Source of the DNA: Daphnia carinata
Lineage: Eukaryota
Direction of reading: 5' to 3'
Assembly: GCF_022539665.2 (NCBI RefSeq)
Contig: NC_081333.1
Span: 10,106,001-10,170,000, forward strand
DNA: 64,000 bases
Part shown: positions 51,197 through 64,000 of the stretch, piece by piece
Layout of the letters: each line of letters opens with the position of its first letter
Position numbering within the stretch: the first letter of the stretch is position 1
Position numbers and translations under genes: made by a program
Notes under the pieces: generated by a model
Told to the model about the DNA's origin: nothing
Seen by the model: only the letters and a program-made list of their open reading frames with translations
Databases searched by the model: none

Positions 51197-53529
51197 AGTG
51201 GTTGCAAAGCGAAAGTTGAAAAAGTTTAATCACTACAAAACTCCTTGCATATCCACCACGACGCTCCTCTTTCCTTTTCTTGCACTGGTAGTTTCGCAGG
51301 TCGTCCTTGTCCGTTTTCAATGATTAACCTGCATGTTCCATCCGTAACATGTGTACTTGTCCTCATTCCTCCTCCTGCCGACTTATCTTCAAGCTCTTTA
51401 CCGTGTGGTGTTCTTCCTTCGTCCCCTCGGATAATCGCATTTTCCCTTCCACATGTTTTCACCCCACATTATCGTAACTTTTCGTGTGTGTGTGTGACAA
51501 GGAATCCGTCTTCCTCTCCCTATCCAGAACTTAGACGATTTTTAGCTGACTATCCTTTCTTTTCGTATTATTTTGTCTGAATTTTTTTATTTCTCGTTTC
51601 GATCAACACTTTTTTTACCCAATTAGATGGATACTTTGGATGTCCTCCCACAATTAGCGAGCAGCTTTGAGCCTCCCTTATTATTGATTCGATTTGTTTT
51701 TTTTCCTCGTTTTTTCGACATTAAACTCTTGAAAGAAAAACTTGTTACTGTGTTGCCATCGACACTAACTATCTCATTCATTTTTGTCTGCGACACCCAC
51801 TTGAACGCCAGGGATGGTGGTAGAATTTATTTTCGTCTCTGTAGCTTAAGGAAAGAGACGAGTAGTGACGGTGTTGACACGGAGCAGACGGGTCGGACGA
51901 CGATACAGCATACCAGAGTCGCAGTTATGCTTTTTAATATGGCTGAATGCGGCAGCCGCCGGTCGTAAATCTCGGATGACGCAAATCGTCTGATAAAGAG
52001 CCATTCGTCTTTCAACCCCGTCTTCGCTCGTTCTGTTACCTATTTCTACTAGCCTTGTCGTATTGCTGCAAAAGGTTTGTACGGGTGTCGAGTGTGTTTG
52101 AGCTTTGCAGGAGAGGTTGTAAAACGAATGCAAATAGCTTTGATGGAAGGGAAAGAAGAAGAAATCCGCTGGAATGATAGTTGGCAAAGGGTTAAACTTT
52201 TGCTGTAAACGACACAGTTCGTCCCCATCGTGTCGTTTCGTCGTTCGGCACTTCTAACTCTTTTTGGTAAGGAAAGGGGAAAGAGAGTTGACGGAATGGA
52301 GCGAGATGAGAAACGGAAAGAAAAATGGCCAACCATGACGGGATCGACGAGCAAGATTCTAGAAGTGATGAATGCCCATCTTTTTGTGCTGTCTCGAACA
52401 GAGAGCGTCTCGCCTTCTTCCACCGGTCCCTCGAGCGATCGAGTGGTGTCGCCTTATTTATTACGGACTTGGCCGGCGACAGTTGACGCTGATGATGGCT
52501 TTATGCTGAGAGCCTCGAGACCCCCTCCTCTCTTGGTACTCGATAGAGGCCAGTAGAAAAAAAAAGAAACCATTTATAAACAAGAAGAGTGGTTGTGTTT
52601 CAAAGTCTTAACCATAGAAGCATACGTCCTTGTCAGGGAAACGATGGACGCATTGCAGTTTAGCCGGCCGAGTAAAGAGGATATTCTTTGTAGATATTGA
52701 CGTTCGCCGGGGAAACGGAAACTTGTGACAGTTGTGTGATGCTCTGGGGCTAAAAGTTTTTGTTTTCTCTGTAGACGACGGAACGTCTTGAGTCCTCTTA
52801 TGGCGTTACCCCATCCTGATTTATGTGACCTGCTGCTGTGTCGCTCTAACGGACGTGTTACTCTCGTCTGCACAGCCGTCCATAAATTGCGCGCGAGATG
52901 CCAGCCGCCCGCCCGACTGAGAGAAGACGACGACCGAGAAAGAAAGTAGTCCCGAAATAAGGCCGTTTGTATGACGGAGCAGGCCGGAATATACATGCGT
53001 GCACACTTGACATGGCCTCTACGTCGTCTAATAAAACAAGAAAAGAAGGATGGGGAGGAAAAAGAAGCAAGACTGGCATCATCAGCACGCAACCAAGTCT
53101 TGCGTCTCGGAAAAAAAAGGAAAAGGCCAACGATATCGAGTTTGAAGGATGTGCGGGAACAACACACGCTCACGGCCGTACTATTTTCTGCAACAACATT
53201 CGGTAAACATGTCGAGCCGACCTAGATGTGGAGCGATTTATGACCCGTCTTCGTGCTTCATTTGCATAGCTCCTATTCCTCTGAAGGAAATTTCCTTCTG
53301 GATAAAAGTTGCTCGTTTTGTCTCTCAGGCTAAAAAAAAAATTAAAAGCAAAAAAAGGAAAAATAATATATAAAAAAAAGCTTGGATGGAAGCTTCATCA
53401 AGATCCGCGCGTGACGGCGGATGACTATCGAGTGTGAGTGCTTCATTACAAATGGAAATGGCCATTCAGTTTTTCACATCACGTCGACCTTTAAATAATC
53501 TATTAATACTGAATGGACAAAAAAGAAAT

Positions 53530-55188
53530 GCTAAAACCCTATCTATCATTGACTATATCGACACTTTAATATTTTAGCTACTGCCAACGATTTTTTTAAA
53601 AGTATAAAATTGGCCGAAAAGCCGGGCTTATTTTCTCGGGCTTATTTTCAAACCCAAAAATTTGATGAAAAAAGTTAGACTTCTATAATAAATTGCACAT
53701 TTTATTCAAAATTTTACGCTGATTTCAGGCAAATTATTCGGTTTTTCGTAAAAGCAGCTGTTTTTAAAATATATTGTATATTGTGCGTCAGCACGACTTT
53801 GTCGCAGCGTACTGGCGCGCCAGCTTTTTAAAATAATTTTTTTGTTTATTTCTGAAATTTCTGATCTCATGAAAAAGAGGAAGTCAATTTTTGTGATTCT
53901 CATTTATTTTAAATTTAAAGCACATCTATTCAATGCTAAGTTGAAGATTAAAAAAAAAATACAAAATTAATGGAAAAGTCGGGCTTATTTTGTCGGGCTT
54001 AAAATTTCTTTCACTCCTTATTGACACCCATTGGAATTGGTTGAATCTCTCAATATAAACTTAAAATTGAATGCTGATTACGGGAAAATTGTTCTTTGTT
54101 TCATTAAGTCAGTCATTTTTACACCGAATATTAGTGATGAATGTTAAAAACTAGCGCGCCAGTACGCAACAGCGCTAGAGCGATACAGTTTTTCTCCATA
54201 CATGCAGTATTACTCAAAAACCATAAACTCCACGTAAAAACAAAATTCCTTTTCGTATTCCTTGCTGAATTTTGAATCTAAATAATGTATAGTTATGAAG
54301 ATTTAATGATATATTTTTTAAATAGGAAAATAAATAGAAATTTTATGCCCGACTAAATAAGCCTGACAAAATAAGACCGAATTCCTTGTTTTTTAAGGTT
54401 TAAATCAAAAACTATAACACCAATCAAAAAATAAACTTGGTTTTCGTGATTTGTAAATCATTCTGCATCGAAAACATGTATTTTAAGCCTATTTTGAAAT
54501 TTGGCCAAAAATGAAAAAGTGGGAAGGCTATAGCCTTCTCACTTTTGTCAAAATGAGCCAAATACCTAAATCTTTTGGAATACGTTAAAAATCACACAAT
54601 ATACTCGGAATTTAATGCTGATTCAGAAGAAATGATTTTTCTTTTCGTAAAATATATTGCTTTTGAAATATATCTAATAAATGAGATGTAAAACTTCAGC
54701 GCCAGAACGTACTAGCGCACAACTGTGTTAACCCGTTTTTGCGTTTATTTTTAAAACCGCAAGTTTTACGTAAAAATAAAGTAGATATTCGTGATTTCCC
54801 TTTAATTTTGAATCGAAATAATGTATTTCTAACGATATCTAGATTTTGGCGAAAAATGAAAAAGTGGGAAGGCTATAGACTTCTCACTTTTGTCAAAATC
54901 AGCCAAATATCTAAATCTCTTGGAATACGTTAAAAATCACACAACATACTCAGAATTTATGTAGAATTCTGTAATAAATTACGTTTTATTCAAAATTAAA
55001 CGCTGATTCCAGGAAAATTATTCGTTTTCTCGTCAACGCAGCTGTTTTATTTTACACATTAAATATTGGGCTGTAGCACGATTGCGCTGTATTATACTAG
55101 CGCGTCAATATTTGTTGGGTAATAAAAACGCTAAAACTCTATCTGTCATTGACTATCTCGGCACTGTAGTATTTTAGCTGCTGACGAG
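53530..55188. repeat. AT-rich interspersed repeat (same family as 32675-34085) bracketed by ~59-bp direct repeats
   Basis: AAAATGAAAAAGTGGGAAGGCTATAG block at 54508 and 54853; CGGGCTTATTTT motifs; direct repeats at 53530-53588 and 55130-55188. Confidence 0.65.
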
Positions 55189-55399
55189 TCAAGCATAGTA
55201 TTTTTTTTTCTTAAACAATACAAGTTTCTCCATTGTTGCTATTTGGCACCAGTTTGTTCGGTAAAGCGAACTTGCTGATGCTTGCCCGAAACGATACATA
55301 ACTCGTCCCTTAGCTACACTTCTTTCCTTATTGTATCAAATATTAATTTTTTTTCCTATCGAGTTTTCTCTTTTTCTTATTCCTCGGCTGGCGCTGCCG

Positions 55400-58300
55400 G
55401 TGCTGCTGCTGGCGAGACATCACTTTGATTTACGGGCTTTCAGTCGCGGGAGTGAGGGACGCAAAAGTTCAGCCGTGCATGGTAACGATGCCGCTAGCCC
55501 AATTTCATCCGCTCTACCTTTCTTTCTAAGGCTGTAGTACACGATCTAACCACCCAAAGAATCCTGCCCCTCCCCTCTCGTTCAAATTTATCTGCTTCCA
55601 GCCGCGTGTCACGTCAAGTCACTCACGAAACTCGGGGTTTGAGTTTTTTCGTCAGATGACGGTCGGCGCAGCTCGTCATAAAAGTGGCAGCGCGCGAGAA
55701 GAGACGGCTCGTCACACATGATGCTATTTTCAGGGCTCCTTTTTTTCGATTTTAGGCTTTTTGCAATAACGCTAGCATCATAATTTTCGAGTTGAGGAAG
55801 ACAAGAGACAATGACGTAAGAGATAGACGTTGCAATATCGATCATCGGCATTGGATTCGGACTCTTTAAGAGAGCGGAGGATGTTTTGAGGAAGTGTGCA
55901 AAAAAGACGGGAAAATCGGGAGATGGATGTGTCAATGAGATGAAAAGAAGGATTTCGTGCCAAATTGTCTAGCTTCGTTTTTTTTTGGCTTGGTCTTCAG
56001 TTGTACCCGGGCGCTTTTCCGGCGCTTCATCTCCGGAAAGACGAGCTTGTTGGTAACAAGACCGACCGATCAGGTTTTTCACGACCTTATGTGAGGTAGG
56101 TTGTCGCCAAGGTCTTATAGGCATCCCCACGAAGGATAACAAAGTATTAGATCATCGCCCATGTCAGAAAGTTTTTTGTTTGCTAAATGTGAACATTTCA
56201 TTAAAGTATCCCTATTCTTGTCTTATCTGCAAAATATCTATCATAACTTGATCTCTTAGGTAGAGTTCTACGTACGAAACAAGTGCGATGTCGTCGTAGA
56301 GTAAAAGACGCTTTTAACGGGGACGATTCGCTTTTAAAGGAATTGGGGGGTAACAACTTTTGACCTCCACCAAGAGAGAAGGGATAGGTCGGGCAAACGT
56401 CCTCTTTATGTCTACGTCGGGGAGGATGGCCTGGTACCCAATGCTGCAACTACTACTTCCATTTGAGCGGGCGAAATGGTTCGGAGAAAGAAGGCAACTC
56501 GAATGATGGAAACGTTCTTTCGCCTCTTCTACTTGTGCGCCATTCTGCTTGTATATGGTTTTCGGGGGAGGGAGGGGGGAGGGAGGAATAAAGAGGAGAA
56601 GCATAAGACGTAGAAAGAGGAAGGAGCCAAACTGTCATCTTCACCGACTCCGGCCGAGAATTCACGCTCGATGTCGCCGATCTTAAATCAGTCGTCGGGG
56701 GCGCGCTGCTGGCACGGCCGTATCGCCATCATCCCAGGAAAGAAGCCGCCTCGTAACTCAACTGGCGGCAACGACACGCGCGCACATACTCGTTCTCTTC
56801 GACGGCCGTCGTGACGACGCTGTATACACGAGGACTTTGCCGAAAGTCCCTCTCGGCCTTGATTTCTTGCGACTCTTTCCGCCCTTTTCTGACCTCTTAT
56901 TTCTTCTAGGCCATCTGATCCATCCGACTCGCTTTAGTCTCCCCACTTGACTTTATTGTACAGCCAAGACAACCAAGGAAGAGAGAGAAAGAAGTAGAAA
57001 ATCGAAAAAAACAAAAACAAAAAAACAACAAGAGAATGGTGGGGAATGAAATCTATTGACAATCCATGGGGGGAATACACGGACGGCGTCCGTCTCTTTT
57101 ATGCGTTTGAAGTTTCCTTGCCCAGTTGTGCTCGGCCGTCTCTTTACCCTGTCGAAAATCAGAGCAAATCCCTTGCCTACTCCAATAAAAAAAAAAAGAT
57201 GAAGAAATAAGGTCCAACAGCACGGCGTCACCAAACTTGACAAACATACGACATCCATCGATCGATTCCCAGCCGCCTGGCTGTACGAGAGGAGGCCTGT
57301 ATGAGACGTGTGTATACATATATATATGGAAGTGAACGGGTTTCTGCTCACACAACTCTTCGGCCACCGGTCCACCTCCAAGTTTGTTCCAGATGGGAAA
57401 CGGGCATTTGAGAAAAAGGCGGCTCCATTCCGTGTATTGGTGCTCATCATCACGCGAGATCATTCCGCGTTGTCGGGATGAACATGGGCACCAGTCCGCG
57501 ACGATGACGATTTGAAGTGGGTATCGCATCCTTTTGCTCGTCCGTTCTCCTCACGCGCGGCCATCGACTGGCCTTTGATGTTCGTCGGACGCAGCGCGTG
57601 CAATTGTCGGATATGAGCCGCCGTTCTTCTTCCCGTTCAAAATGACGGCCGCAAAAATGACATCGAAAGGCTAACTCTCCAGTGTGTGACTGAAGATGGA
57701 GCTTTAACGCCGCCGTGCTACTGTAAAGCTGGTCACACTCTGGGCACTGGTACTTAACAGCCGTCGCATCCGCTTTCTCATTCGAAGGTTTGCCTAATGA
57801 GATGATCGTAATCCGTAACGAGATCATACCAAAACTGCACGCAACACTATAGCATACCTGATTGTTTAGGATGTCGGACAGCCTGCGTGATACAAAAGCT
57901 CAACTTTAAGGCGGCATTTATAGGAACAAGAAACGTAAACTCATAAATATGATCTCCGACGATTCCATCGCTTGGCAACCGGCTCGTCTGAAACAGTTTT
58001 TTTTGTTTTTTTTTTAACATAGCAACGATTAATAAATACAACTCAGAAACATTCAAACCTGTGCGCTGAAAGTTGTTGCTTCAAAGCAAAAGTGGTACCG
58101 CAGCGGATGCATCGCGGAAGAAGGTCCGGATGATCCGACACGAAGTGATTTTTGAGGCTGGCTAAGTCGGTGAACTGCTTATAGCAATGTGGGCAAGATC
58201 GGAGTCGCACTGTCGCACCGTAGGAGCCGCGCTTTTTGGTAGCTACATCACGATGCTCTTGTGTGGACCTGTGTTTCGTTACTTCCGCTTTAGTACAAAA

Positions 58301-59950
58301 GCCTAGGTTACAGATCAGGCATCGATAACGAGTCTCGTCACTAGGCGCAGCTTGACAGCTGAAACGGTGATGAGTAAACGACCAGTTTGATGATGTGCTG
58401 AAATCACAATAGGTACAAGAATAGGTTTGGCTGGAATATTGGGTCAGCATATCGGACGGAACGGCGTGATCCAACGTCAGGTGTTTATTGAGCGCTATTC
58501 GGTAGCGGAAGTTCACTGGACTGTTTTTTGAACTACACAGGTGACAGTGAATTGGTTCCAGTTTGCTGGACGATGAGCGCCACCGATTTATGAACAATTC
58601 GAACACAACTGAGGTGATTTTCCGATGCTAAATGAATTTTCATGCTGTCGTTATCCAGCTGGCCAATCCGACACAAGCTGCAAAAAATATGTCCCTCCAC
58701 CGCGGCGAACAGAATCGACGCGATCGCTCTCCAAATGCTGTTGCACTATTCCAATGAACTAAGTGTTGAAAGCAAAAAGGCAATTAAAGTGATGTCCAAT
58801 GAAAAATATGATGATTAAAATACTTAATAGATCTGCATGACAATGACAATAAAAGCGACAGAGCCGACACTGAAATGGTGCTTCCAACACAATCACGTGT
58901 ATGTTCTCCAGAATGCAACTATCTCGAGCCGGATGCTTCCGGCAGCGGGAAACGTGATAGCGTGATACCAAATGCTTGCCGAAATGAGGTCTGGGTACCC
59001 AAACCGAGCAGGTGGGACAACGTTGAGCACTTCTTTCTGCCCTTTTCTTTTGCTTGTTTATCCACCATGGATCATCGACATCTTCGTCATCTTGCAGAGC
59101 ATCTATTTCTTGTTCAACTAAATCAACGCGCGCAACGTCCGGCTTATTGCGTCTCAGCCCGTACTTGGAATCATCGGAGGTTGTCAGCTGTTGGGCAGTC
59201 CGTTTAAAATGTAGCTCCGACTGAAGATGTTTTCAAATACAACACGACCGGTCAAGCGACGATTGCACGGCTTACAGTGGTATTCGACCGAAGAGCCGGC
59301 CTTGTGGATGACGCGCGGCTTGAGACCAGGCATCCACTTACCTCGCGAGGGATAAGGTAGCTTAGTGGGTTGTTGGCTGGAAATGCATAGATCATCGCTA
59401 GTCGAGTCGGTCACCGTTTCATTTGAGAGGTTGACTTTCATTTCGGTGCTTGGAACTTCCAAATTGGCGACCAGTTCTTGGGCTGCTGAAGGACGAGATG
59501 ATGTCATTAGCCACTAAAGCTGAATTATCTGTAATATCTTCGTTGCTCGCCAATTCAGCAGCGGCTGAATCATGGGATGAATTGAGATCAGTCGTTTCGA
59601 CAACAGGGAAGTTCGAGTCATGTGGATCGTCAGTTTGCATTGATTCACTTCCGGATTTCAATGGGTCAGTGGAGGCGACTAGGGGTTCTGTGGACCGACG
59701 TGGGCGCTGCCGATTTGATTCAGTTCCTTTACAGCTCTGAAGTTCCAACAAGGAGAAAAAATCGTCAGCTCGCAGTGGTTCCTCGGCATTAATGTCATTT
59801 GCCCATGTGGTCGAGGAAACCATGCACAATCCTAAGTGACTCATAAAATCATCGGTTGCGTTATCGACCGACAGGTCGGTCACCAGTGGGTTTTCGTTGA
59901 CATGACGAGATTTGTAACATTCTTCCATGTGGTTGGACTTAAGAAGAAAG
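55400..59950 (-). CDS. Multi-C2H2 zinc-finger protein gene (5' end in gap, multiple frameshifts, 3' end uncertain)
   Basis: CKPC, CRLC, CHLC..H..H, CTYC, CLIC, CPHC and CIRC fingers, plus CPECDQLYSSTAALKLHLQSHTGELAFRCHFC with an HTGE linker. Confidence 0.65.
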
Positions 59951-59961
59951 AATTGGGTCTG

Positions 59962-60061
59962 NNNNNNNNNNNNNNNNNNNNNNNNNNNNNNNNNNNNNNN
60001 NNNNNNNNNNNNNNNNNNNNNNNNNNNNNNNNNNNNNNNNNNNNNNNNNNNNNNNNNNNNN
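59962..60061. other. Assembly gap (100 N)
   Basis: Run of N. Confidence 1.
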
Positions 60062-63000
60062 ATAATTTTAGATTCAATTTAAGTTTTTGGTCACAACAAT
60101 TCAGGAGGAATCAGCATATGGAATTTTAAAGAAGCCGCCAATCCGCTTTTACATCTGCAGCCGAAGCTCCACTGTTGCTCCTTCCGGCAAGGTTTTCCAA
60201 AATGTCCCCATGTAAAGTTGAGCTTGTTTAACACGACCATCGCTTATTCCATGTTTCTGACGTGATCCATATATTTTTTTAATACAGGCTTGCTCAAGTC
60301 TTAGCCAGATCAGTGGCATTTCCAGATGGACGCTTTTGAGATTGTTAGATTCGAGCATCACATGATGCCGGAATGCTACCTGACCTTCCAGGTGTAGGTA
60401 GTATAGAGGGAAAAGCTTCATCATTCGACACACCAATTTCTCGTCCAATAGTGTTAGTGCGACAATTCTCCTATTTAAGAGAGATCGTCGTTAAAGAAAT
60501 TTTTAGAATCTTTTTTCAAAAGATTATGATTTGACTTTGTATTGCATGGGAGTATCTGCGTTCATTATTATTCTAACAGTTGGCTCGTTGTAGTACTGAT
60601 ACTATTTTCCTCTTTACTTTGCATTATATGTTAGGAATTTTAATACACTCGATTAAGTGCCAATACCGTTTTAGTCATATTAGAAAACGTAAACCTATAT
60701 ATTGATTCAAGTTTATAGCAAAATACCTCATACACGGAAGCTTAGTTCTACATTTTACTGGGAAACCTCTGCTTTAACAGGTTCCTATTTCAGTATACGT
60801 TGAACCCTAATTAAATTTCCCTTAAGTAACGTTCATACATGATTTGATTATCTAGCCGTCGTTGATCTTATGACGAATGAACTTGTAAAGAGATTTGAAA
60901 TTAATATTGATGCAGCAAACTAGGTTGTTTGACTTTGCAAGGTTGCCAGTCGTTTCATAGTATGAATGAACGCGTATTTTTCGGGCATTTCCACGTCGAC
61001 AACTAAAATACTAAAAATATAAAAATCCTTATAGAAGACTTACTATACGTATTTTAAAATGAAATGTTTCCTTAAATATTGTTTTGCCCAGATTACGAAG
61101 CATTTTCGTAAAAAATTTATTAAATTTTTTCTAATTATGACTTGGGCAATGTTGGCTTTTTAGTCTACTGTCAAGTTGCAGAAACAGGATTTTGGTACTT
61201 TTGGTATGCTATCTTCTAGTCCATGAATTGGGTCATCTTTGATCGAACTAACCGGAAAGTATGACCCTAATTGGAATACCTTAGAAGTTGTATGTTATAA
61301 TTTAAGAGTAAAGTTTTATTAGTGTACTAAAGGTCGTATTTTGACGTTTTCCAAAGAAAACTACCTTCTAAATGGTTTACACTGTGGACTGTAGTGACTG
61401 AGATACAGTTGGGGGGGGGGGGGGGGTGGGGGGGGAGTTTATTTTTTTCTTAGCAATGGCTTCCCAGCCTCCTGTTCAATATAATGTGATGTCGCCAGCA
61501 AGGCCTAATGTGACAGGAACTTCCCAACCACCCATACTTCAACGTCCAATAGCAAGTAATGGGATTGGACAACCATCAACTGGTTCTCGATTTCCCGTGC
61601 CTGCAACATCAAATTCTGTTCCTGTGTTAGCCAACACAAATTCACAGTGGGCTAGACCCCCTGTTTCAAGCCAGTTTGCACCAAGTCTGATGAGTCAACC
61701 CAGTTTTACAGCAGGAGGTCAACAACAGTATAACCCAGCAATTCCTGGACAAAACTCACCAAGGCCTGTGTTGGAAACTCTGAGCTCAAGACCTCCCAGC
61801 AGTTCTTCAGGTATCTACTTTTGTGTCTGCATATTTTATTTAAAGAATGAAACTGCAAGAAAGAACAAAATTGTGGTGTAATATTACCTCCATTAATTTG
61901 TCACACTTAAAGGTACAATTTTTGTTATTGAATTTCTTAGTTCATTTTCCCATAAACTTTTTTTAAAATGGACATTCAGTTCAGAAATTGGTCAATTTGT
62001 GCTTGTGCCAAATAACAGGATGTACTTGTTTTGAATCTAGTTTTATAAATTTTGCATTTTTTACTTCTGTTTTTCGTTTTCTGATAGAAAACTGATGAAC
62101 AAGGTGTATCCACTACTTTTATCTGTCTTCTAAAGACATAGTTAGTTCTTTAAGGTAAATCAACAAAGATTATTCTTTAAGTTAACAATTTTCTGTCTTA
62201 GCTTTAGGTCCCCCTTTGAACAGTTATCAAAGTGGTCAGTCCAACATTAATGGAAACTTGGGCCCTCCATTGGCGAATGGTGTGAGAACCCCAACAGCTT
62301 ATTCCGATGTTAACTACTCTGCCCCTGCGTCCAGCAGCATGGGATACTGCTCACCTGTAGGACCTCAATATGCTTCACAAAATTTCATGCCGCCCCAGTT
62401 ACACCCTGGAACAGGCCCTCCGATGGGGAGACCAGCTGGGCCCCGTACCTCAGCAACAGTATAATACTGGATATCCAAGTTACTCATCAGCATCTGGTCA
62501 ATTACCACCAATTTCTGGTATTCACACTCAGCAGGTTGTTAAAAACAAAAGTAGTTTTTTTTTTCAAATTTCCTCTCCGACCAATTAAGTGACAGAGTAG
62601 TAACTAACCATATTACTTCCGCAGCTAAGTTATCCTGCTGCACCTGTGTTACCTAATGCTCCAGTCAACCAATTTCAAAATTTTAACTCATCAATCGACA
62701 AGATGGCATCCCAGATGAATACCATGTCTGTAACTCAAACAGGATTTGACAAAATTTGGGTATGTCTTCGGTTCTGCATTAATGCCACGTTAGCTTCCTG
62801 TTGAATATTAACTTACCGACATTTATTTTTTGCTGAAGGGCCACGAAAACGTGGATTTACTCCAAGTGCGAAATATTTTGCCAGCTCAAGGTGTGGAAAC
62901 TCCTCGTATCCGCCTTAGACAAGAACATTTAAATAATGTACATTGCAGCCACGACATCTTTCGCTGTACTTTGACGAAAATTCCTGAAACGAATTCCATT

Positions 63001-64000
63001 TTGCAAAAATCTCGTCTCCCACTGGGAGTGTTGATACATCCCTTCAAAGATTTGACGGTAAACAATTAAGAACCCTATGTCGAAATCTACGTTAAATACT
63101 AACAGGTTTCATTTTGCCCTCTTTCAGCAATTGCCTGTAATACAGTGTCAAACTATCGTTCGCTGCCGATCTTGTCGGACGTACATCAATCCTTTCGTTT
63201 ATTTTGTGGATCAGCGGCGATGGAAATGCAATTTGTGCTTCCGAGTGAACGACTGTAAGAATAATTCAACGTTATAATCCAAGTTAATAGGCATTTCGGC
63301 TAAGCATACCTAAATCATTATTTGTCTGGTGGCTAGTGCCTGATGAGTTCCAATACGATCCGATGAGCAACAGTTACGGCGATCCTACACGCCGCCCTGA
63401 AATAAAAAATGCTACTATTGAATTTATAGCTCCAGCTGAATACATGGTACGTGGCACAAAAATTCTGTTCTATTCTATGTTCCATGCATAAACGATCTTC
63501 TTGTGGTTTCTGTTTAACTTAGCTTCGACCTCCCCAGCCTCCTGTTTATCTTTATCTTTTGGATGTCAGTCACGTAGCAGTTGAAACGGGCTATTTGAAG
63601 CTTTTTTGTGATGTTCTTTTGGAAGAGCTGGAAAAAATTCCAGGGGATAGCAGAACGCAGATTGGTTTCATAACGTTTGCCAGCAGCGTTCAGTTCTATA
63701 ATCTCGCGGAGAACTTAAATCAACCACACCAATTGGTTGTGTCGGATATCGAGGATATCTTTCTACCATGTCCTAACGATTTGTTGGTAAATTTAAATGA
63801 AAGTAAGAGGCTGGTCATTGAACTCTTAGAACAACTCCCTGTTAAATTCAACAACACAGCGGAGTGCAGTAGTGCCTTGGGGGCTGCTTTACAGGTATTT
63901 TTGTTTGACAAAATTGTATTAAACGCTGTCTTATAATCGTTTAAAAAATAGGCTGCATATAAGATGGTAAGTCCCACTGGCGGTCGTATTACGGTATTCC
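60062..64000 (+). repeat. Near-identical duplicate of ~411-4360 (WD40 3' end, intergenic region, Sec24 5' half)
   Basis: Colinear at ~59.64-kb offset; most introns are identical. Confidence 0.97.
61456..64000 (+). CDS. Sec24: Sec24, second copy (partial; 2-nt deletion in the C-run at ~62441)
   Basis: ORFs identical to those at 1811-4360; GGG-C4 here versus GGG-C6 at 2793-2801. Confidence 0.8.

Noticed and set aside
51200..53400. Many overlapping 60-200 aa ORFs downstream of armadillo
   Set aside because: No recognisable motifs or consistent splicing; best explained as a long 3'UTR or intergenic sequence.
61411..61436. Poly-G tract creating an extended ORF (MGGEFIFFLA...) and an apparent G-quadruplex
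   Set aside because: It replaces ordinary intron sequence present at ~1766-1791 in the other copy; typical of no-signal G calls from two-colour sequencing.

Overview
Eukaryotic, AT-rich animal DNA with short (~55-90 bp) GT-AG introns; this architecture suggests a crustacean such as Daphnia (inference). There are two 100-N gaps, at 16084-16183 and 59962-60061. Recognisable host genes are a WD40 gene 3' end, Sec24, a multi-Ig gene, an AIFM3-like Rieske flavoprotein, MRPL57, NFS1, armadillo/beta-catenin and a frameshift-ridden C2H2 zinc-finger gene. After the second gap, 60062-64000 is a near-identical repeat of ~411-4360. Three accessory regions stand out. (1) A spliced, stand-alone BEL/Pao Gag-derived gene (6788-8050, -) with no pol or LTRs is a candidate domesticated capsid gene. 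(2) A ~6.4-kb foldback palindrome (8585-14986) is followed by a further copy. Its arms carry an unknown spliced gene (4 copies, + + - +) and its centre holds three tRNA-derived Pol III A/B-box units, two of them pointing outward. (3) A ~15-kb mosaic (30.8-45.9 kb) of intron-retaining fragments of six housekeeping genes (RPC4, AIFM3, NFS1, 6PGD, ARL1, DHX37) includes a Pack-MULE-like element with 475-bp TIRs around the DHX37 fragment, a candidate HEPN-motif ORF and Helitron-like 3' ends. All calls are by eye, no searches were run, and several frameshifts may be assembly errors.
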